Shown: positions 58,616 through 64,000 of the stretch, one piece after another
Position numbering within the stretch: position 1 is the stretch's first letter
Layout: every line of letters begins with the position of its first letter
From: a virus
Length of the DNA stretch: 64,000 nt
UHGV virus genome: UHGV-1372779
Reading direction: 5' to 3' (one strand)
Notes under the pieces: model-generated
Told to the model about the DNA's origin: nothing
The model's input: only the letters and a program-made list of their open reading frames with translations
Database searches by the model: none
Position numbers and translations under genes: made by a program

Positions 58616-60508
58616 TTATTTGTTTAAACCAAATCTGTCTGATAAATCCAGTTGAGTAGGATTATCTAATGAACTTTGATTTCTTGCCATATTCATAAAT
58701 TCTAATCTATCTTTTGTAACTAATGGAGAATTTCCTCCAACAATAGACCTCATTATTATATCATCACTCATAGGTAAGAATAAAGAAGTTTTATATATAG
58801 CCTCATCTGGGAAGAATGGAATCCAAGTTGTGTCTGGAGCAAATGAAGATGTTCTTGTATCTTTATTAGATCCAGATGCTCTTACCTTAGCATATAGTTC
58901 TTGTACATCCTCTCTTTCTCTCTTTGGCAAAGCTTGTAAAAAGCTTTCTGCAGAAGTTTTCTCTACAACTGAATCTGGAACATAAGAAGGAATGACCATG
59001 AATTGAGTCATGAATTCTAATTGTTGAGAAGTAGGTAAATCCCCAGTTAAGATTAGATGAGATACATTATGTTTATCATATATCTTCTTTTTAGCTTCTT
59101 CAGATGGGTTATTTAATTGTTTAATTTCTTCATCAGCTAAACTTAATCTATTTAATGCATCTAAATCTACCACTTTAGATCCATTGGCATTTCTAATGAA
59201 CGGCATCCAAGCTGTTGCAACTTGATCATTAGAATATAATATCTTAGATAAATCTACATCTGATAAGGTTTCTCCAGTTCCTAGAGAAGCTCCATTAGGA
59301 TCTACTAATGCTCCTAGTCCTCCAGTAGAGATTATATCAGACATATAGTTATTATTTAATAACTTCTTATCAGCTCCAACTAAAGGAGATATATTTGCTT
59401 TAGTAGATAATGAATATTTACCTCCCAGTCTAACTGTATAATCCTTAGTTTTAGCTGCTCCTGCGTAGATTTCAAAAGGTCCTAATTCAGTTAATCCAGC
59501 ACTTCCAGAAGAAGATTTTCTGCCTGATCCATCAAGTACTCCTTCATCTTTAATAGATTGTTTTTCACTATGATAAGTTCCATATGTTAATAGATCAGCT
59601 AAAGCATTTAAAGCATTTTCTCTAGGATTTCCAGATTCATTTATAGCTGCTTGAGCTGTTAGAGTATTCTTTGCATGTTGAGGAAGTTTATTCCATATTC
59701 TTATCAGTGCTGTATTTAAATGATTTCTTTGAGTAGAAACTTCTGTTGTCATTTTATATAAATTATCATCTGGAGCTGTTCCTAATTTAGTGTTTATTAA
59801 TTTTTGAAGTTCATTATTAAACTCATTAGCTCTAGCTTTATTTATATATAAATCAGAAGAAGTATCTTCTTTTTGGATCATTTTAATAGCTGTATCTATT
59901 TCTTTATTTATATCGTTAATACTAAGACTTCCGGCCACAGTTTGAGATAAAGTTTTATCAAATAAAAATGCTTTGCTATTATTCCTTAATGTAAGAAGAT
60001 CATTATTAGTTAGTAAATGATATTGATCCTTATTCTCAGCATAGTCCATAGGATTAACTACAACCATTTTCCCTGACTTATCTTGTGCATATAAATTTCC
60101 ATCAAATGTGATAGCTGCTTCTGATAATGTTCCCTTATCCAAAGCTATTTTTCTAGCCTCATCATACATTTGTTTATTATTCTGTATTTCATTTAATCTA
60201 GCTACTAAATTAGTATATTGTCTAAGGGTCATTGGTTGACCTGTTAATTGTGAATCTGAAAATAGATCACCTACTTGTTGGGCAAAATAATTTACCTCAT
60301 TATTTAATCCCTTACCCGCCATACTCCCAATAACATCTTGAATCTGTTTTTGAGTAGCATCTATTTTAGTATCTCCACCTTTAGCACTTGCACTAGCCTG
60401 TGCTGATGTAGTTGGATCTGCTCCTATTTGTTGAAAAAAGGGGGTGTATCCCACCCACGGTGCTGATAGTTCACCCCCTTGTTGTAATTTTTGTATATTA
60501 AAGTTCAT
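58616..60508 (-). CDS. large structural/ejection-type protein (630 aa), no motif recognised
   Basis: ORF track. 5-nt spacing to neighbours. Ser/Gly-rich central region. Confidence 0.5.
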   Translation of the reverse strand: MNFNIQKLQQGGELSAPWVGYTPFFQQIGADPTTSAQASASAKGGDTKIDATQKQIQDVIGSMAGKGLNNEVNYFAQQVGDLFSDSQLTGQPMTLRQYTNLVARLNEIQNNKQMYDEARKIALDKGTLSEAAITFDGNLYAQDKSGKMVVVNPMDYAENKDQYHLLTNNDLLTLRNNSKAFLFDKTLSQTVAGSLSINDINKEIDTAIKMIQKEDTSSDLYINKARANEFNNELQKLINTKLGTAPDDNLYKMTTEVSTQRNHLNTALIRIWNKLPQHAKNTLTAQAAINESGNPRENALNALADLLTYGTYHSEKQSIKDEGVLDGSGRKSSSGSAGLTELGPFEIYAGAAKTKDYTVRLGGKYSLSTKANISPLVGADKKLLNNNYMSDIISTGGLGALVDPNGASLGTGETLSDVDLSKILYSNDQVATAWMPFIRNANGSKVVDLDALNRLSLADEEIKQLNNPSEEAKKKIYDKHNVSHLILTGDLPTSQQLEFMTQFMVIPSYVPDSVVEKTSAESFLQALPKREREDVQELYAKVRASGSNKDTRTSSFAPDTTWIPFFPDEAIYKTSLFLPMSDDIIMRSIVGGNSPLVTKDRLEFMNMARNQSSLDNPTQLDLSDRFGLNK

Positions 60509-60509
60509 A

Positions 60510-63500
60510 TTACCATATTTGTCTTAACATTCCTTTGGACTGTAGTAATTGATAACCAATATTTCTATTTAATCTACTTTGCTGAATAGCCATTAGATCA
60601 GACATTAATCTTTTCCTATCTTGTTCATAGGTAGGAGAGTTAAGATCTAAACTGTCTAATTCTTTTTGTAATCTAGCCTCATTCACATTTTCCTTTGCAA
60701 CTGTAGAGAAATCTTTTTTCTGAGTATTTAATAACTCTTGTTGAGTATTAAGTTGTTGTCTTTCTCCTGCTCTTTGCTTAATTTGTTCAGTTATATCATG
60801 TAAGAATACATCTGAATTCTGAGCATTTTGTGCTATTTTTTGAGCCTCTAGTTGTGCTTTTTGATTCTTCATATTAATTATAGAAGATCTATTTTGAGCT
60901 GCAACTTGTTCTCTTCTTGCTAAGTTATTAGCATTAACTTGGAAGGCTTTTTCTCTAGATTGCATTAAAGCTTGTTCATTAGCTAAATCTCCTTGGAGTC
61001 TAGCTTCAGAAGCAGCTTTATTCACAGCTAAATTATAAGCTAATTGTCTATCAGCATCAGAAGTCTGAGGAGTTCTAGTTAAATTTAATAAATTACCTGC
61101 TTGTCTATAATAAGAGTGTCTAACTCCTTCATTTCCCTGAATATTATAATTTATATCTTGAGGAGTATCTAATACAACAGGTTTTAATTTATTGTTTAAT
61201 AGATCAAATATCTTGTTATTAGCTCTATTTTTAGAATATAAAGAAATGATAGAAGATAAAGTACTTAATGGATAGCTAATATTAAAGTTTGGCTTATTTA
61301 ACTCTCCAACACTTGTTAATCCTGAACCATTAGTAGTCTTAGTAGAATAAGTAGTATTTGGAGTAATTCCTAAATTATTTCCTCCTAAAGCTTGTCTTTT
61401 TTGCTCTCTGCCTTGTTTAGCCAATTCACTTGTAATATAATCATCTCCGCTAACAGCTAATGTAACTCCAGGTTGAGAGGACATATTAAATGAAACAGGT
61501 CTCGCATTACCTTTCATGAACTCATATTTAGTATTGAGTCCAGGAAGAGAAGATAATCCTACCATATTTTTCTTAATATCATAAGCTCTATTATATTCTT
61601 TTGCAGACATTTGATTTAAGAAACTATTATCCACATCTTTATTTATGAAATCATCACCTGCAAGTAGTAGTGGTCCTCCATAAGCTAATTTAAGAACTCC
61701 ACCTAAACTTCTTCTTGCTATTCTTTCTCCCCTATCTTTAGATGTTTTTTTAGTTCCCTTAGCTTCTTTCTTAGAGACTTGTCTAGTTTTATTAGACTGT
61801 TTATCATATTCAACTTTTTGAGTAGCTTTCTGTGCTGCCTCTTTTTGTTGTTTATTGTAGTTTACTATATCCTGATACTCTTTTTGTCTAAACCTCTCTC
61901 TTTGTAGTCTTTCTCCAAGTTTTGCAGTTTCTTCTACATTCCTTCTTTCTTGATCAGCTTTTTCTTTTCTTTTAGCCTCCGCTTCCCTTTTACCCTTTTC
62001 TATATTATGAGCTTTTGCCTGTCTTTTTCTATCTTGTTCAGATATTCCACTAGCAAATTTGGCAGATTTTTGAGTTTTCTGTCTATTAGCTTCTGCCATA
62101 GTAGAGTATCTTCCTAAGTTTTCAGCCTCAGATTTATAAGGAGATTCTGAGGTTATTCTAACAGGTTTTATATCTTTTATAGATTTATATTGTATTTCTC
62201 CTACTCCTGCTGGGGCAGTGAAAGAATTTAATTGTCTAGATTCTGGAAGAGCTTCTATAATTTTTCCTTCTCCTAATTTGGGTCTATTTAGCACATTTTT
62301 ATCTACTTCTATAGTACCATAAGTATTAGGTTTAAGTTTTATGTACTTTTCCTCAGGAAGTGACACTTCTCCAGGCTTAGTAAACATTCTCTCTTCTAGT
62401 AATCCTTTCTTAAACCATCCATATTTATTATTAGCTAAATTTTCTACTACTTCTGGTTTAAGCTCTCTTCCTACTGTAGATTTATCTAGTTTAGCTTTAT
62501 TAGTTCCTATCCAAGATTTAGGAGATAATAATTCTTTCTTATTTAAATTAATAGTCCCTAACTCTTCATCGGATAGATTATATTGTTTTTTAAGTTTGTC
62601 TTTATAAAAAGCTAATTTTCCATTATTATCTAAACCATTAAATTTACCTATTTCTGATTCAGATAATGTTATAGTATAATTGTCTTTATTTGAAGAAACT
62701 GTGATTGGTTTAGATGAACCTTGTGTCTTTTGTGTAAAAGCTTGTTTAGCATAAGTTTGTCTTGCATTAGAGGCTAGTGGAGTTAATCCAGAAGCAAGCA
62801 TCCTCCAGTCTCCTATAGTCATTTCTTGTCCAGAAACTAATTTGGTCAACGCTGATCCAGCCTGAACGGCTCCTGCTGCTGTGAAATATTTTCTTAGTAA
62901 TGGAGCAACTCTTTTGGCAACTTTAGCCACTTTACTAGCTTTGGCAACACTTCCCAATCCTGGAATCAAGGTAGCAGCATCCATGCCTAAGTTCAATAAT
63001 GTGTTTCCTGCAATTCCCCAGCCAGACATATCACCTCTCTTAATATCAGCAGCTGTACTTAATGCAGTAGAACCAACTCCGGCAGTTGTTCCAACAACAT
63101 TTCCAACGCCAACAGCTGCAGTGGATACTAGACCAGTTACATCTAATGCAAGGGCAGCTAAATCTAATTTATCTGCATCAGATAAATCTCCAAAGCTGTC
63201 ATTGAATACATCTCCCATTGTAGCTGCGGTTTTCTCTCTAACATTATCTCCTAACATTATATTACCACCAGCCTGCAATTTAATAACTCCCCCATTTTTA
63301 TCCATTGCTACTGATCCTAGCCCACCTGTTGGTCTATTACCTCTAGTGACTTGTGCTAATGTAGTAGCTTGAGGTTTTATTGCTCCTTCAGTGCCTTTTA
63401 ATCCTCTTTGTATTAATTCTTGAAGAGTGACACTAACTGGATATTTAGATTGAGATGTTCCACTTCTTAATATAGTTTGATTACCTTGTTCATCAGTAAA

Positions 63501-64000
63501 TACTTGCATACCTGCATCATTATATGATAAAGTTCCTTTTCTAGGATTACCATTAGAATCTACCATAAATACATATTTAGTAGGTTGAAAAATACTCCCA
63601 CTAGAAGTATCATAGTTTTTATCATATATAGCAAATAAAGCATTATTATTTCTAACATCATCAGAATCTATAGAAGAAGTTAGATCTTCTATTTTTCCCT
63701 CAAAGTTATCAACAAATAATCCTGGGAATTTTTTATTTAAATAGTTTAGTACATGATAGTTACCAGCTCCAGTTCTAACTCCAATAGATTGAAGACCTTC
63801 AAAGTTAGTTTTATGTTTATTTAAAGTATCAAAAAATACATTTCTAAACTCTGAATCTGTGTTAGATAACTGTCTTGCAGCATTAGTGTCTCCTACATAC
63901 ACACCCCTATTATAAAACCCAGTTTTGTAATATCCAGTTGGATTAGCTTTTTTACCATAAGGTTCTAACCATAAATATCCACTAAATAAGTTACCTGAAG
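60510..64000 (-). CDS. large protein, 5'-partial (over 1160 aa in window), with Gly/Ala-rich hydrophobic repeats and a long K/E/Q-rich coiled-coil C-terminal half. Tape-measure/ejection-protein-like composition.
   Basis: The track M at 63902 is a GTG codon inside an open frame that continues to the window edge (…SGNLFSGYLWLEPYGKKANPTGYYKTGFYNRGVYVGDTN…), so the gene starts beyond 64000. Confidence 0.5.
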   Translation of the reverse strand, partial: SGNLFSGYLWLEPYGKKANPTGYYKTGFYNRGVYVGDTNAARQLSNTDSEFRNVFFDTLNKHKTNFEGLQSIGVRTGAGNYHVLNYLNKKFPGLFVDNFEGKIEDLTSSIDSDDVRNNNALFAIYDKNYDTSSGSIFQPTKYVFMVDSNGNPRKGTLSYNDAGMQVFTDEQGNQTILRSGTSQSKYPVSVTLQELIQRGLKGTEGAIKPQATTLAQVTRGNRPTGGLGSVAMDKNGGVIKLQAGGNIMLGDNVREKTAATMGDVFNDSFGDLSDADKLDLAALALDVTGLVSTAAVGVGNVVGTTAGVGSTALSTAADIKRGDMSGWGIAGNTLLNLGMDAATLIPGLGSVAKASKVAKVAKRVAPLLRKYFTAAGAVQAGSALTKLVSGQEMTIGDWRMLASGLTPLASNARQTYAKQAFTQKTQGSSKPITVSSNKDNYTITLSESEIGKFNGLDNNGKLAFYKDKLKKQYNLSDEELGTINLNKKELLSPKSWIGTNKAKLDKSTVGRELKPEVVENLANNKYGWFKKGLLEERMFTKPGEVSLPEEKYIKLKPNTYGTIEVDKNVLNRPKLGEGKIIEALPESRQLNSFTAPAGVGEIQYKSIKDIKPVRITSESPYKSEAENLGRYSTMAEANRQKTQKSAKFASGISEQDRKRQAKAHNIEKGKREAEAKRKEKADQERRNVEETAKLGERLQRERFRQKEYQDIVNYNKQQKEAAQKATQKVEYDKQSNKTRQVSKKEAKGTKKTSKDRGERIARRSLGGVLKLAYGGPLLLAGDDFINKDVDNSFLNQMSAKEYNRAYDIKKNMVGLSSLPGLNTKYEFMKGNARPVSFNMSSQPGVTLAVSGDDYITSELAKQGREQKRQALGGNNLGITPNTTYSTKTTNGSGLTSVGELNKPNFNISYPLSTLSSIISLYSKNRANNKIFDLLNNKLKPVVLDTPQDINYNIQGNEGVRHSYYRQAGNLLNLTRTPQTSDADRQLAYNLAVNKAASEARLQGDLANEQALMQSREKAFQVNANNLARREQVAAQNRSSIINMKNQKAQLEAQKIAQNAQNSDVFLHDITEQIKQRAGERQQLNTQQELLNTQKKDFSTVAKENVNEARLQKELDSLDLNSPTYEQDRKRLMSDLMAIQQSRLNRNIGYQLLQSKGMLRQIW

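Noticed and set aside
31144-63372. Plus-strand ORFs of 60-163 aa inside the giant minus-strand genes (for example 31836-32030, 35214-35519, 41092-41460, 46091-46300, 62881-63372)
   Set aside because: Antisense to long continuous ORFs whose translations carry coherent motifs. The plus-strand products are Ser/Leu/Ile-rich shadow translations with no motifs.
1-64000. CRISPR arrays, tRNA/rRNA genes, integrase/att sites, DNA polymerase, terminase, portal, capsid genes
   Set aside because: No spaced direct-repeat arrays, no cloverleaf-like conserved tRNA boxes (GTTCGAATC-type) in the few non-coding gaps, and no integrase-like ORF. Polymerase and morphogenesis genes are simply not in this window and presumably lie beyond it.

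Overview
This 64-kb window is AT-rich (roughly 70% A+T by eye, not computed) and almost entirely coding, and it reads like part of a large virulent dsDNA phage genome rather than a bacterial chromosome.

Two convergent transcription modules meet at a tandem-hairpin terminator junction at 30366-30457.

(i) Plus-strand module, 1-30365: about 60 tightly tiled genes, many with overlapping stop/start (TAATG or ATGA).
- Replication and nucleotide-metabolism set: DnaB-like helicase, Sak4/AAA_24-like ATPase, a DnaG-type primase with Toprim, a HAD 5'-nucleotidase-like protein, a metallophosphoesterase, a class-II-like ribonucleotide reductase, dUTPase, a Dda/RecD-like SF1 helicase, an ATP-dependent DNA ligase and ThyX.
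- About 35 tiny ORFs of unknown function follow, several hyper-acidic and one with a YqeY/GatB-like domain.
- The module ends with a lysis-like cassette: a small 2-TM protein and an SLT-domain lytic transglycosylase.

(ii) Minus-strand module, 30458-64000: seven giant ORFs of 630 to 2962 aa, with the last running off the window.
- Embedded motifs include an SF1-helicase motif set, an RNAP-like DFDGN motif, two HExxH zincin motifs and a PD-(D/E)xK-like motif.
- The 2138-aa ORF is followed directly by a T4 td-like group I intron carrying a double-motif LAGLIDADG homing endonuclease. The intron either fuses it to the 1008-aa ORF, which has no ATG start, or ends it two codons later.

No rRNA, tRNA or CRISPR was found. 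Shine-Dalgarno motifs are absent, and a TTTG / TAnnTTTG promoter-like pair suggests a Bacteroidota host. The architecture (replication arm converging on a block of giant virion or RNAP-like proteins) is reminiscent of crAss-like phages. That last point is inference, not shown by the sequence.
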